From Mobula hypostoma (taxonomy: Eukaryota), in the NCBI RefSeq assembly GCF_963921235.1, contig NC_086108.1, forward strand, positions 111,354,001 to 111,418,000: a stretch of DNA of 64,000 bases, read 5' to 3'. Of the stretch, positions 22,780-37,100 are shown piece after piece. A program made the translations under genes and the position numbers. The notes beneath the pieces are model-generated. The model did not search any database. It had not been told where the DNA came from and worked only from the letters and a program-made list of their open reading frames with translations. Position 1 is the stretch's first letter. Each line of letters starts with the position of its first letter.

Positions 22780-25700
22780 AAGAATTATATAAAGGCCCCC
22801 AAACAGTAACCAGGATGTAGGATATATATTTCAGTGGGAAATAGAAATGAATGTTAAAAAGGACAATGTTACAATAGTCATGGGAGATTTCAATATGCAG
22901 ATAGATTGGGAAAATCAGGTAGGTACCGGATACCAAGAGAGGTAATTTGTAGAGTGCTCATGAGATGGCTTTTCTGAGCAACGTGGCTGAGCCGACTAGG
23001 GAACAAGCAATTCCAGAGTGGGTGTTGTGTAATGAACTAGATTTGATTAAGGTAAAGGAACCCTTGGGTGCTAGTGATCAAATTGTGATGGAATTCACCC
23101 TGCAGTTTAAAAGAAAATAAGGTCAGATGTATCAGTATTACAGTGGAGTAAAGGGAATTACAGAGGCATGAGAGAGAAGCTGGTTTTAAGGGGAAAGTCT
23201 TGCCTGAAAAATCTGTTGGAATTCTTTGAGAAAATAACAGACTGGATAGACAAAGGAGAATTAAAGCAACACACACAAAATGCTGGAGGAACTCAGCAGG
23301 CTGGGCAGCATCTAGGAAAAAGGAGTACGGTCGACATTTTGGGCTGAAACCCTTCAGCAGAACTTCTGTGTGTGTTTCGCGGATCTCCAGCATCTGCAAA
23401 TTTTCTCTTGTTGGGGAGTCAGGGCATGCTGTTTATTTGGATTTTCAGAAGGTCTTTGACAAAGTGCCACACATAAGGCTGCTTAACAAGATAAGAACCC
23501 ATGGTATTAGAGAAAAGATACTGGCATGGATAGAAGACTGGCTGACAAGCAGGAGGCAAAGTGTGGGAGTAAAAGAGGCCTAATCTGGTTGGTTGCTGGT
23601 AACTAGTGGTGTCTCGCAGGGGTTGGTATTGTAACCACTTCTTTTCACATTATATGTCAATGATCTGGATGATGGAATTGATGGCTTTATGGGCAAGTTT
23701 GCAGATGATACAAAGGTGGAGGGGCAGGTACTGTTGAGGAAGGTGAGAGTTTGCAGAAGGACAGATTGGGAGAATGGGTAAAGACGTGGCAGCTAGAATG
23801 TAGAGTAGGGAAGTGTATGGCCATGCATGTCGGTAGAAGGAATAAAGGTGTAGACAATTTTCTAACTGAAGCAATTTCAGAAAGCATAGATGCAAGGGGA
23901 TTTGGGAATACCAGTACAGGATTCCCTGCAGGTTAACTTGCAGATTGAGTCAATGGTAAGGAAGGCAAACACAATGGAGGAGGATACTGGTGGGGATGAT
24001 GACAGAGCAGAGATGGCTTAAGTTTCTGGGAATAGTTCACAAGGTGCAAGATAGATATGGGGACAGAAGAAGCTCTCAAATGGCAGGAGTAGGGAACTGT
24101 AGCTGACAAGGGAAGGTAAGGACTGCATAAATGCCAAGGGAAGGGTGTACAAGGTAGTAAAAGTGAATGGGAAGGTGGATGATTGGGAAGCTTTTAAAAT
24201 CCAACAAAAGGAAACTAAAAAAAAGCTACAAGAAGGGAAAAGATGAAATATGAGGGCAGACTAGCCAATAATATAAAGCAAGATACTAAAAGTTTTTTTC
24301 AATTATATGAAGATAAAAGGGAGGTGAGAGTGGATATTGGACCACTGGAAAATGATGCTGGGGAGGTAGTAATGGGGGACAAAGAAATAGCAGATGGACT
24401 TAATGGATACTTTGCATCTGTCTTCACTGTGGAAGACACTAGCAGTGTGCCAGAGGTCCGTGAGTGTCAGAGAGCAGGAGTGAATGCCATTGATATTACA
24501 ATGGAACAAGTGCGAGGCAAGTTCGAAGGTCTTAAGGTGGATAAGTCACCTGGACCAGATGGACTACATCCCAGAGCTCTAAGAGAAGTTGCTGAAGGGA
24601 TAATGGATGCATCGGTTGTGATCTTTCAAGACTCAATTGATCCTGGCATGGTCCTGGAGGACTGGAAGAGTGCAAATGTCACTCCACTCTTTAAGAAGAA
24701 AGGAAGGCAAAAGAGAGGAAATTATAGGTCAGTTATCCTAACCTCAGTGGTTGGGAAAGTGTCGGAAGTTTCAGGGTGTTTGGACACTAATGATAGAATA
24801 AGTCAAAGTCAGCGTGGTTTCTGTAAAGGGAAATCTTGCCTGACAAATCTATTAGAGTTCTTTGAGAAAGTACAAGCAGGGTGGACAAAGGAGAGGCAGT
24901 GGATGTCACTTGGATTTTCAGAAGGCATTTGATAAGATGCCACACACGAGTCTGCTTGACAGAATAAAATCCTATGTCTTTACAGGAATGATACTGGCAT
25001 GAATAGAGAAATGACTGACAGGCAGGAGGCAGTGAGTGGGAAAAAAGAGGGCAGTTTCTGGTTGGCTGCCAGTGACTAGTGGTGTTCCTCAGGAGTCAGT
25101 ATTGGGACTGTTACTTTGCACATTGCTTATCATTGATTTGGATAATGGAATTGGTGGCTTTGTGGCAAAGTTTGCAGATGATATGAAGATAAGTGGAGGG
25201 ATAGCTGGGGCTGAAGAAGAAATGGGATCGTGGCAGGACTTCAGACAAATTGGATGAATTGGGCAAAAAAGTAGCAGATGGAAGACAGTGCTGAGAAATG
25301 TACAATAATGCATTTTGGTAAAAGGAACAATTGTGTGGACTATTATATAAATGGGGAAATGGTTCAAACATCAGATGTGAAGAGGGACTTAAGAGTCCTT
25401 GTGCAAGACTCCTAGAAGGTTATTTACAGGTTGAGTCTATGGTAAAGAAGGCAAATGCAATGTTGGCATTTATTTCAAGGGGAATAGACTATAAAAGTAA
25501 GGAAATAACACTGAGGCTTTATAAGACACGAGTCAGGCTGCACTTGGAGTATTGTCAACAGTTATGGGTCCCATATCTCAGAAAGGAGGTGTTGTCATTG
25601 GAGAGAGTCCAGAGGAAGTTCACGAAGATGATTCTGGGAATGAAGAGGTTAACATATGAGGAGCGTTTGGCAGCCTTGGGCCTGTACTCACTGGAATTTA

Positions 25701-26720
25701 GAAGAATGTGGGGGGGATCTCATTGAAACCTACCAAATGTTGAAAGATCTGAATAGGGTGGATGTGGAGCAGATGTTTCCTATGGTGGGGGTATCCAGAA
25801 CTACAGGGCACAGCCTTAAAATTGAGGGGTGTCCTTTTAGGATTTTTTTTAGCTGGGGAGTAGTAAATCTGTGGAATGCTTTACCACAAACTGCAGTGGA
25901 GGCCAATTCTGTGAGTATATTTAAGGCGGAAGTTGATAATTTCCTGATTGGTCAGGGCATCAAAGGATACGGTGAGAAAGCAGGTGTATGGGGTTGTGGG
26001 ATTCGGGATCAACACAATGGAATGACGGAGTAGACTTGATGGGCTGAATGGCCTAATTCTGCTCCTCTGTCTTATGGTCTTATGGTCTAACAATAGCATC
26101 CTTTTCAAGAGTACTTGAACATAAGAGCAAAGAAGTAATGCAAAGGCATTTTAAGGGTTTGGTCACACCGCACTTGGAGAATTGAGGGCAGTTTTGGACC
26201 TCTTATCTAAAGAAGGATGTGCCAGCATTGGAAAATTTCCAGAGTAGATACACAGAATGATTCTGGGAATGAAAAGGTTAATTTATGAGGAGCATTTGAT
26301 GGTTCTGGGCCTACACCAGCTGGAGATTAGAAGAACCAGGGGGCTGTCATTGAAACCTATTGAATATTGAACAGCCTGGACAGAGTGGATGGGGAGAGGA
26401 TATTTCATATAGTGGGCAAGTCTAGGACCAGAGAGCACAGTTTTGGAATAGAAGGATGTCTCTTTAGAACAGAAATGAGGAGGAATATCTTTCGCCAGGG
26501 GATGGTTAATCTGTGGAATTCATTGCCACAGATGGCTGTGGAGGACAAGCTATTAAGTATATTTAAAGCTGAGGTTGATAGACTCATGATTAGTAAAGGT
26601 GTCAAAGGTTATGGGGAGAAGACAGGAGAATGGGTTTGAGAAGGATAATAAATTAGCCAAGGTAGATGGAATAGCAGAACAGATTCGATGGGCCAAAGGG
26701 CCTAATTCTGTTCCTGTGTC
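22780..26720 (+). mobile_element. Degraded CR1 fragments (several copies), with small Penelope-derived pieces
   Basis: ORFs 23368-23583, 24243-24932, 25036-25257, 25331-25726, 25656-26033 and 26367-26639 carry CR1 RT and C-terminal motifs. Confidence 0.85.
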
Positions 26721-27075
26721 TTATAGTCTAATTCAGCTTCAAAACTTAGCCTCTACATTAATAATTAATTCTTGCAGGGTAGAAACTAGTTTGTAGTAAT
26801 GTGCAGTTACTGCAGTTGTAGAACTACTGGCTCAGAGCTCTGTGAGCTTGGGTGCTGCATGGTAAGTTGGTTTATTACTGTCACGTGTACTGAGGTACAG
26901 TGAAAACCTTGCCTTGCATACCATCCCTACAGATCAATTTGTTACAGCAGTGTACTCAGCAGTTCATTAGTACAAAGGAAAACTGATTCAAGATGCCACA
27001 AGTCTATGTTTTAATGAAAGTTACATCAGATGCATTGACATTAGTCATCTTTCTGATGTAAGGTTGGCTACTTAC

Positions 27076-27268
27076 GTATTGGTGGCCGATACAAGCAGTT
27101 TGATTCTCTTCTTTGTTTGCTGACTCTCAGCGCGCTTCATTAGCATCACAAAGGCTGGAGTGGGGGTACAGTCCTTGGTCAAAACGTAGAAGCAGTCATT
27201 GGGTATGTGATAATTCAGTTCGTTACTGTCAAAGGTGACAACTCGGTCATTCGTTACAGTGCATTCGT
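27076..27268 (-). CDS. vtg: Vitellogenin exon, start of vWD (beta'-component)
   Basis: ttctgtcttccgcag|...|gtaagt; 193 nt, phase 1 to 2. ECTVTNDRVVTFDSNELNYHIPNDCFYVLTKDCTPTPAFVMLMK matches the vWD C...TFD...C.YVL..DC pattern. Confidence 0.96.
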
Positions 27269-29535
27269 CTGCGGAAGACAGAATAAAAACATGAATAGAA
27301 GATTTCTGAACTGCTTGATCAGCAAGATTCAGTCTTATTCACCGGCTTTGGAACAGACTTGATGGGCCAAGTGGCCTAATTCTACTCCTATTTCTTACGG
27401 TTTCTTGATCTCCATCTTTGTGGGAGGAACCTCCACCACTCATAAACAGAAGAGATTCTACAAGTGCTGGAAATTCAGAGTAACACACAAAAAAATGCCT
27501 GATGAAGGGCCTCAGCTCATAACAACAACCATTTATTTCTCTCCTTCGATGCTGTCTGACCTGCTGAGTTCCTCCAAGATTTTGTGTAATCTCCTCAACT
27601 CTCCTGTTAACACCTTCTGAATCCCAAATGGATTTATTAATGAATACTTATGACCACAAGACAATAGATTCTCTCTAAAGCTTATCAATTACTGTACGTT
27701 TAATATTTTAATTATATCTATCAGGTTGCAATCAGGGACCATTTATTTTTGAGGAAAGGCCCCTCAATAACCTTAACACTCCTCATCGTTATAACCTCTT
27801 CAATATAATCATTTTTGTTGCGTTTTGTAACTCCAAAACATAAAACTGAATCAAATGAAGCTGGGAGTCCAAAATACAGGTGTGACTTCAATTTTACTAT
27901 AATCAAGGTGCATGTGTCATGTGGTAGTGTGATGACCCATGCAATTAATGTGTTTTTACATATAATCCTTACTGAATTATTCAAAGAAACAAGAATGCTT
28001 ACTGAACCAAGAACTTTAGTTTAAGGTAAGAAGCTGTAATGATCAGCTAGGTTAACCTAGAACGTAGAACACTACAACACATCATAGGCCCTTCAGCCTA
28101 TAATGTATCCTATCCTCCTTCACTCTAAAGAGAAAAGTTCAATATTGTGACAGTCCTTGTCTCCTCCATCCTTTCAGATGTGATTAGAATCTGGAATCAG
28201 TTCTGGGTTTACCCATTCTCTGGGAGAAAATATTCTTCCTAAACCTTCCCAATTTTAATACTCAACTCTTTGACCATAAATTCACGAAACACTGAAACAG
28301 GCGCTATGGACCAACTGCTCCATCCTGACCAAGATTCCCATCTAAGCTAAACCCACCTCCCTCTAAACCTTTCCTATCCATGTACCTGTCCAAGTACCTT
28401 TTAAGTTTTCTTAGTGTACCTGATTCAACCTCTTTCTCTGGCAGTTCATTCCATATTATTTAATTTTAAACAAGAGAATATCTGCAGATGCTGGAAATCC
28501 AAGCAGCACACACCAAATGCTGGAGGAACTCAGAAGGGCCAGGTGGCTTCTATGAAAAAGAGTACAGTCGATGTTTCTCCCCACTACTGATACTGACAGC
28601 ATCTATAGGAGGCACTGCCTCGAGAAGGCAGTATCTATCATCAGAGATCTTCACCAACTGGGTCTTAACATCTCGCTGAAACCCTTGGGCAGGTGAGGAA
28701 TAAACAGTCGATATTTTAGGCTAAAATCCTTCATCAGGACTGGAGCAAAAAAGCTGAGGAGTCAGATTTAGAAGGTGGGGGGCGGAAGGAAGAAACACAA
28801 GTTGATAGGTGAAATCGGGAGGAGGGAAGGGGTGAAGTAAAGAGCTGGGAAGTTGATTGGTGAAAGAGATACAAGACTGGAGAAGGGAGAGTCTGATATC
28901 TGATAGGAGAGGACAGAAGGCCATGGAAGAAAGGGAAGGAGGAGGAGCACCAGAGGGCGGTGATGGGCAGGCAAGGAGATAAGGTCAGAAAAGGAAAAGG
29001 GAATGGGGTATGGTAAAGGGGGGGAGCATTTACTGGAAGTTCAAGAAATTGGCATTCATGCCATCAGGTTGGAGGCTACCCAGACGGAATACGAGGTGAT
29101 ACTCCTCTAAGTTGTGTGTGGCCTCATCGCGACAGTGGACTGACATGTCAGAATGGGAATGGGAAGTAGAATTAAAATGAGTGGCCACTGGGAGATCCCG
29201 CCCGCTTTTTCGGACAGATGGAGCGTTGTGTTAGCTGAGCACCTATGCTCCATCCATCACACTCAGGTTGGAGGGGCAACATCCTATACTTCGTCTGGGT
29301 AGCCTCCAACCTGAGGGCGTGAATATATTTCATGTTTCAATGCCTTAGCGGATTGTTTTATTCTCAGTGGCATTGAGGATGTATTGTGATTCCAGCAAAT
29401 AGGGTTCGGTTTTGTCTGAATGGAGTGTGCATGTTCTCCCTGTGACCGTGAAGGTTCCCCAGATGCTCCTATTTCCCTTCACATTGTAAATATATGGTGG
29501 TTAAATCAACTCTAATAAACCTAATCTATAATATT

Positions 29536-32500
29536 AGACCATAAGACATAGGAGCAGAATCAGGCGATTCAGCCCATCGAGTCTGCTCTGCCGTTCCATT
29601 ATGGCTGATCCTGGATCCCACTCAACCCCACACACCTGCCATTTTTCCATATCATTTGATGCTCTGATGGATCAGGAAACTATCAACTTCAGGCATAATG
29701 TCTCACAGACTTGGCTTCCACTGTAGTCTGTGGCAGAGCATTCCACAGATTTTCTACTCTCTAGTTAAAAGAATTCCTCCTTACCTCTGTTCTAAAGGGT
29801 TGCCCCTCAATTTTGAGGTTGTTTCTTCTAGTTCTGGATACACCCACCATAGGAAACATCCTCACCATATCCACCCTATCTAGACCTTTCAACATTCAGA
29901 AGGTTTCAATGAAATCCCTTGAATTCTACAAAATTTCAGTGAGTACACATCCAATGCTGCCAAATGGTCCTCATATGTTAAACACTTCATTCCTGAAAAT
30001 ATCCTCGTGAACCTCCTCTGGACTCTCTCCAATGACAACACATCCTATCTGAGATATGGGGCCCAAAACTTTTGACAAAACTCCAAGTGCAGCCTGACTA
30101 GTGTCTTATAATGCCTCAGCATTATCTCCTTTCTTTTATAGTCTGTTCTCCCTGAAATAAATGCCAACATTGCATTTGCCTTCTTTACCACAGACTCAAC
30201 CTGTAAATTAACCTTCTGGGAGTCTTGTACAAGGAAATTCCAACACTGTATTCCATCTGCCACTTTTTTGCCCATTCTTCCAATTTGTTTATGTCCAGTT
30301 GCAATCGTGTTGCTTCCTCAGCACTACCTACCCCTCTTTCTATCTTTGGGTCATCTGCAAACTTTGCCACAAAGCCATCAATTCTATTATCTAAATCATT
30401 GACAAACAATGTGACAAGTAACGGTCCCAATACTGACTCCTGAGAAACACCACTAGTCACTGGCAGCGAACCGGAAAAGGCCCTTTTCATTTCCACTCTC
30501 TGCCTTCTGCCCGTCAGCCATTCCTCTATCCATTCCAGTATCTTTCCTGTAACTCCATAGGATTTTATCTTGTTAAGCAGCCTCATGTGTGGCACCTTAT
30601 CAAATGCCTTCTGAAAATCCAGGTGAATGACATCCATTGCCTCTCCTTTGTCCACCCTGCTTGGTATTTCCTCAAAGAACTCTAATAGATTAGGTCACGT
30701 AAGATTTCCCTTCATCCTTAATAATAGACTCCAAAACTTTCCCAACCACTGAGGTGTGACTAATTGGCCTATAATTTCCTTTCTTTTACCTTCTTCCCTT
30801 CTTAAAGAGTGGAGTGACATTTGCAATCTTCCAGACCTCCAGGACTGTGCCAGAATCAAGTGATTCTTGAAAGATCATGACCAATGCATTCGTTGTCTCT
30901 TCTGCAAATTCTTTCAAGACTCTGGGATGTAGTCCATCTGGTCCAGGTGACTTATCCACCTTAAGACCTTTGAGTTTGCCTAGCACTTTTTCCTTTGTAA
31001 TAGCAATGGCTCACACTCCTGCTCCCTGACACTCATGGACCTCTGGCGCACTGCTAGTGTCTTCCACAGTGAAGACAGATGCAAAGTACCCATTAAGTTC
31101 ATCTGCCATTTCTTTGTTTCCTATTACTACCTCATCAGCATCATTTTCTAGTGGTCCAATATCGACTCTCACCTCCCCTTTACTTTTTATACAACTGAAA
31201 ACATTTTTGGTATTGTGCTTTATAGTATTGGCTAGTCTACCCTCATTTAATATTTTTCCCTTCTTAGAGCTTTTTTAGTTATATTTTGTTGGATTTTAAA
31301 AGCTTCCCAATTATCTAACTTCCCATTCACTTTTGCTACCTTATATGCCCTTTTCTTGGCTTTTATGCAGTCCTTAACTTCCTTTGTCAGCTGTGGTTAC
31401 TTAGCCCTGACATTTGAGAACCTCTGACTCTTTGGAACAATCTATCCTGTGCTCTGTGAACTATTCCCAGTAACTTCAGCCTTCTCTGCTCTGCTGTCGT
31501 CCCTACCAGTACCCTACTTCAATCCACCTGGGCAAACTCCTCTCTCATGCCTTTGTAATTCCCTTTGTTCCATTGTGATACTGATACACATGACTTATGC
31601 TTCTCCCTCTCAAATTGCAGTATGAATTCAATCATATTATGATCACTGTCCCCTAAAGGTTCCTTTACATTAAGCTCCCTAATAAGATCTGGGTTATTAC
31701 ATAACACCCAATCTAAGATAGCCAGACAGTGACCACGCGGTGATCACTACACTGGGAAAGGAGAGGCGATGTATTGCGTGTACACTTTCCCTAGATGAGC
31801 GGGATGTCAGGCCCAGACCTCACTTGCCCCAGTGTGGCTTCAGAGCCAACAGGAGCACCACCGACATGGTATTTGTTCTCAGGCAGCTCCAAGAGAAATG
31901 TAGGGAACAGAACAAGGGATTGTGCATGACGTTTGTCGGCCTGACCAAAGCGTTCGACACTGTGAGCGGGGAAGTTCTGTGGCAAATCATAGTCATACTT
32001 TATTGATCCTGGGGGAAATTGGTTTTTGTTACAGTTGCACCATAAATAATAAATAGTAATAAAGTAATGGAACGACTGGGATGCCCCCCAAAGTTCCTCA
32101 ACATGGTCATCGAGCTACATAAAGATCAGAATGGCCAAGTCAGACATAACAACGACCTCTCAGAACCCTTCCCAATAGGCAACAGAGTAAAGCAAAGCTG
32201 CGTCCTCACACCAACTCTCTTCACCATCTTCTTCAGCATGATGCTCGAAAGGGCCAAAGAAGACCTTGATGACGAGGACGATGTCTACATCCGATACCAC
32301 ACCGATGGCAGCCTGTTCAACCTGAGGCAAGTACAATTCCACAACAAGATATTGGAACAACTCATCCAAAAGCTACTCTTCGCCGATGATGCTGTATTTG
32401 TTGCCCACACAGAGACAGCCCTGCAGCATATAACATCCTGCTTCACAGAGGCTGCCAAGCTCTTCGGACTGGAAGTCAGCCTGAAGAAGACAGAAGCTCT

Positions 32501-33990
32501 CCATCAGCCCGCACCTCAGGAAGATTACCACCCTCCCCGCATCACCATCAGTGAGGTAGAGCTGAAGACAGTCCACCAGTTCAGCTACCTGCGATGCACC
32601 ATCTCGTCAGATGCCAAGATCGACAAAGAGATTGACAACAGACTGGCAAAGGCAAACAGCGCATTCGGCAGGCTGTCCAAAAGAGTCTGGAACAACAAGC
32701 ACTTGAAGAAAGACACAAAGATCAGCGTGTATAGAGCCATTGTACTGACCACCCTCCTGTACGGCTCTGAGTCGTGGGTCACCTACCGTCACCACCTACG
32801 ACTCCTTGAGCGTTTCCACCAGCGCTGCCTCCACACCATCCTGAACATCCGCTGGAGTGACTTCGTCACCAACATCGAAGTCCTTGAACAGGCAGAGGTC
32901 ACCAGCATTGAGGCCATGCTGTTGAAGACACAGCTGCGCTGGGCAGGGCACGTCTCCAGGATGGAGGATCATCGCCTGCCCAAGATTGTGCTGTATGGAG
33001 AACTCTCCACTGGCCACCGTGACAGAAGGGCACCGAAGAAGTACAAGGACTCTGAAGAAATCTCTTGGTGCCTGTCACATCGACCATCGCCAGTGGTCTA
33101 AACTAGCCTCCGATCGCGAGGCCTGGCGACACACCATTCACCAGTCTGTCTCCTCCTTTGGGAACACACGCAGGGCTGGCATTGAGGACAAAAGGAGAAG
33201 GATGAAGAACTGTGGCACAGCAGCACCAAACCCAGAACAGAATTTCCCTTGCAGCCGCTGTGGCCGGACCTGCCTGTCCCATATTGGCCTCGTCAGCCAC
33301 CAGCGAGCCTGCAGCAGACGTGGGCAGCCCCCTTCCTAAATCTTCATTCTGGAAGCCAAACCATGAATGAATCTAAGATAGCCTTGCCCTAGGTAGGCTC
33401 AAGCACAAGCTGCTCTAAAAAGTCATCTCGTAAGCATTCAACAAATTCCATCTCTTGCAATTTGACACCAACCTGATTTTCCCAATCCTCTTGCATATTG
33501 AAGTCCCCATTATAATTGTGTCATTACCCTTATTACATGCCTTTTCCAGCTCCCTTTGCAATCTTAGCCCTATGTCTTGGCTACTATTTGGAGGACTATG
33601 TACAATTCCCATAATGATCTTTTTTACCTTTGCAGCTTCTTAACTCCACCCACAAAGTTTCATCAATCTCTGACCCTATGTCACCTCTTTCTAAAGATGT
33701 AATTTCATCTCTTACCAACAGAGCCACACCACCACCTATGCCTTTCCGTCTGTCCTTTTGATACAAAGTATATCCTTTGATGTTAATCTCTCAACTATGG
33801 TCTTCTTTCAGTGATGCCCACAACATCATACCAATCAATCTGTAATTGCGCCATGAGTTTGTCCACATTATTCGGAAAGCTACGTGCATTTAAATACAGC
33901 ACCTTCAGTCCTGCATTCTTTGCCCTTTGCTCTGCCTGCATTTGTACCCAGTCATTGGCTTGTCCTTCCTTACATTCATGTTACACCCAT
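29536..33990 (-). mobile_element. Long degraded CR1 LINE, host of the RTE insertion
   Basis: ORFs 30045-30275, 30185-30655, 30786-30986, 31519-31707 and 33415-33612; agaccataagacatagg tail at ~29536. Confidence 0.88.
31724..33369 (+). mobile_element. RTE-clade LINE, 5'-incomplete
   Basis: QCGFRANRSTTDM, LLFADDA, LYGSESW, LRWAGHV, and a C-terminal finger CSRCGRTCLSHIGLVSHQRAC. It has an (atga)n tail and a 14-bp TSD aatctaagatagcc at 31710-31723 and 33370-33383. Confidence 0.92.
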
Positions 33991-34154
33991 CATCTACTTG
34001 TAAACCTGCTGGTTCATCCTCAGCTCTATCATACTGATTCCAACCCCCCTGCCTGTGTGTTGTCTCTGATGCAGCTGCAAGATTTCATTGTATCTGTACC
34101 TCACTGTCAGTACCTCCAGTTAAACTTTGTCTTTTTGTGTGTTTTCCCCCTAGC

Positions 34155-37100
34155 TGTCAGTCTGTGGTTTTGTATTGCCATGTGCTCTTGTATGTTTTAA
34201 TGCCCTATGTGCTCCTATCCCCGGTCCTGCTCTACTGCGGCCCCTGTATTACTGAGTATTCCGTCTCTCACCTGTTTCTCATTATTACCTGTACTGCTGC
34301 CACCTGTGTCTCATTGTGCTCCACCTATCATCTGCCTCCCTGTTTATCACTCAGTGTATTTCAGTCCTGTGTCTCCAGCTGTTTGTTTCCAGATTGTGTC
34401 AGTGAATTTTCCTGAGCCTTTCCAGCATTCGTATCTGTACTCTGTCTGTCTGAATATCGACTCTGCCTGTTTCCTGATTCTGGTTTTTGAATTTCTCTGG
34501 ATGTTTTGATCTCTGCCTGAACTTTGACGCTGACTTTGTTTAAACCCCAGGATTTGCTACTCAATTAAGGTCACTGTGTGCACGGTACTGGGTCTGCGAT
34601 TGGGTCCCTGCTCCAGCGTCCTGACAGTACAATCTGGCCAGAATGGATCCAGCAGACCCTGATCATCTGAGAGCTGCCCTGGAACAACAGGGAGTGATGC
34701 TGGGGAGACACCAGAACCAGCTGGAGTCCACGTTCAGGGTAGTGGAGTCACTTTCTGTCAATGTGGCTGATCTTGTGGCCCAGATTCAGTCACTCCAGCT
34801 GTCCCAGAGCGCCCATCAACATTCTGCAGCCTCATCTTCTGCCCTGCCCTCTGCATTCTCACTCACTCCTCCCATCCGAGAGTCCCGTCTGCCTCCTCCA
34901 GAAAAGTACTCAGGTGAGCCCGGTACCTGATGCTCTTTTCTTTCCCAGTGCACCCACGTTTTTGAATTGCAACCAACTACTCAATATATGTTTGCTGATG
35001 ACACAACAATTGTAGGCCGTATCTCGGGTAATGATGAGTTTGAGTACAGAGAGGAAATTAAGAACTTGGTGGCATGGTGCGAAGACAATAACCCATCCCT
35101 CAACGTCAGCAAGATGAAGGAATTGGTTGTTGACTTCAGAAGGAGTAGCGGACCGCACGACCCAATTTACATCGGTGGTGTGCAAGTGGAACAGATCAAA
35201 AGCTTTAAGTTCCTTGGGGTCAATATCACAAATGACCTGACTTGGTCCAACCAAGCGGAGTCCCCTGCCAAGAAGGCCCACCAGCACCTTTACTTCCTGA
35301 GAAAACTAAAGAAATTTGGCCTGTCCCCTAAAACCCTCACTAATTTTTATAGATGCACCGTAGAAAGCATTCTTCTAGGGTGCATCATAACCTGGTATGG
35401 AAGTTGTCCTGTCCAAGACCGAAAGAAGCTGCAGAAGATCGTGAACACGGCACAGCACATCACACAAACCAATCTTCCGTCCGTGGACTCACTTTACACT
35501 GCACGCTGTCGGATCAGTGCTGCCAGGATAATCAAGGACACAACCCACCCAGCCAACACACTTTTCATCCCTCTTCGCTCCGGGAGAAGGTTCAGGAGCT
35601 TGAAGACTCATACGGCCAGATTTGGGAACAGCTTCTTTCCAACTATGATAAGACTGCTGAACAGATCCTGACCCAGATCTGGGCCGTACCCTCCAAATAT
35701 CCAAACCTGCCTCTCGGTTTTTTTTCACTACCTTACTTCCCATTTTTCTATTTTCTATTTATGATTTATAATTTAAATTTTTAATATTTACTATTGATTT
35801 GTAATCCAGGGAGCGGGAAGTGCAGAATCAAATATAGCTGTGATGATTGTATGTTCTAGTATAAACTGTTTGGTGACAATAAAGTATAAAGTATAACATT
35901 TCCGACTGATTGAGCCAAGGTAGCCTACGTCATCACCCAACCATCTGGTCGGGTGAGAGAATGGGGAAGAGCCGGCTGGGAGGCAGGCTCCCCTTTCTGC
36001 AGTAGTTTTCAGTTATTTTCTGAGGAAATGAGAAAAGTGTTTGATCGCTCCAAACATGGGGGAGAGGCTGCCCATGAAATGCCGCACATGCATCTGTGTC
36101 AGATTAAAGGCATAGAGTTCCAGACCCTAGCCACTTCCAGCACCTGGAACCTGGATGCACCGTACAACACCTCCCTGAACGGCCTCTCTAAAGACATCAA
36201 AGATGAGCTGGTCACCCAGGACCTTCCTGACACCTTTGAAACCCTGGTGGATTTGGCCATCTATATTGATGTTCGCCTTCAGCAAAGGGAGGGGTTCCAG
36301 AGGGTCCCTAGGGGAACTGGGTGAGTTCCAAGCTCCTCATCAGTCTACCTTGCCCTGCCATTCTCCCCAATCCACAATTCCCATTCCAGAGCCCAGAGCT
36401 ACTGTACCCATCTGACACCAACTGAAAGACAAAGGAGAATCAGCACCCATTCCAACCAGACCACTTCATCTCCACCTGCCCAGTAAAAGCCAAGCGCTCA
36501 CCAGTAGGACGAGGAGTACTGGTGAGCGTGACCCCTGTCCGGCCCTCCTCGACGCCACTCACTTGTTTAGCAAGTCCTGGGCCACTTCCCTATTGCTTCC
36601 CTACCTGCTTCTCTGGAGTGGGGGGTCCAACAGTAAGCAGTCTCTGTCGTGGTTGATTCTGGTGCAGAGGGGTGTTTTGTCAATTCCGGCTTGGCTGCCC
36701 AGTGGGGATTACCCACGTCTGCTCTCCAGTCACCATTAGTAGCCAACGCCTTGAACGGTCAGAGGCTGGCTAACATCACCTATGTCACGGCCCCGGGGAG
36801 TCTCAGTTTATCCGGCAACCATCATAAACAGTTAACCCTTTATGTTATTGACTGTCCTCAAGCTCCCATTGTCCTGGGCCATCCCTGGTTAGTCAGACGC
36901 CCCACATTGGCTCAGTCGTAAGATTGCAGACTGGAGCCCATTCTGTCACTCCCACTGCCTCCACCATGCTCAGATCCCCTGAGGAATTTCCAGGCCTTAG
37001 TGCCATCCCTCCTGAATACATGGAACTCAAGGCTGTGTTTAGCAAGTCCTGGGCCACTTCCCTACTGCCTCATCATCCATATGATTGCGCCATTGACCTC

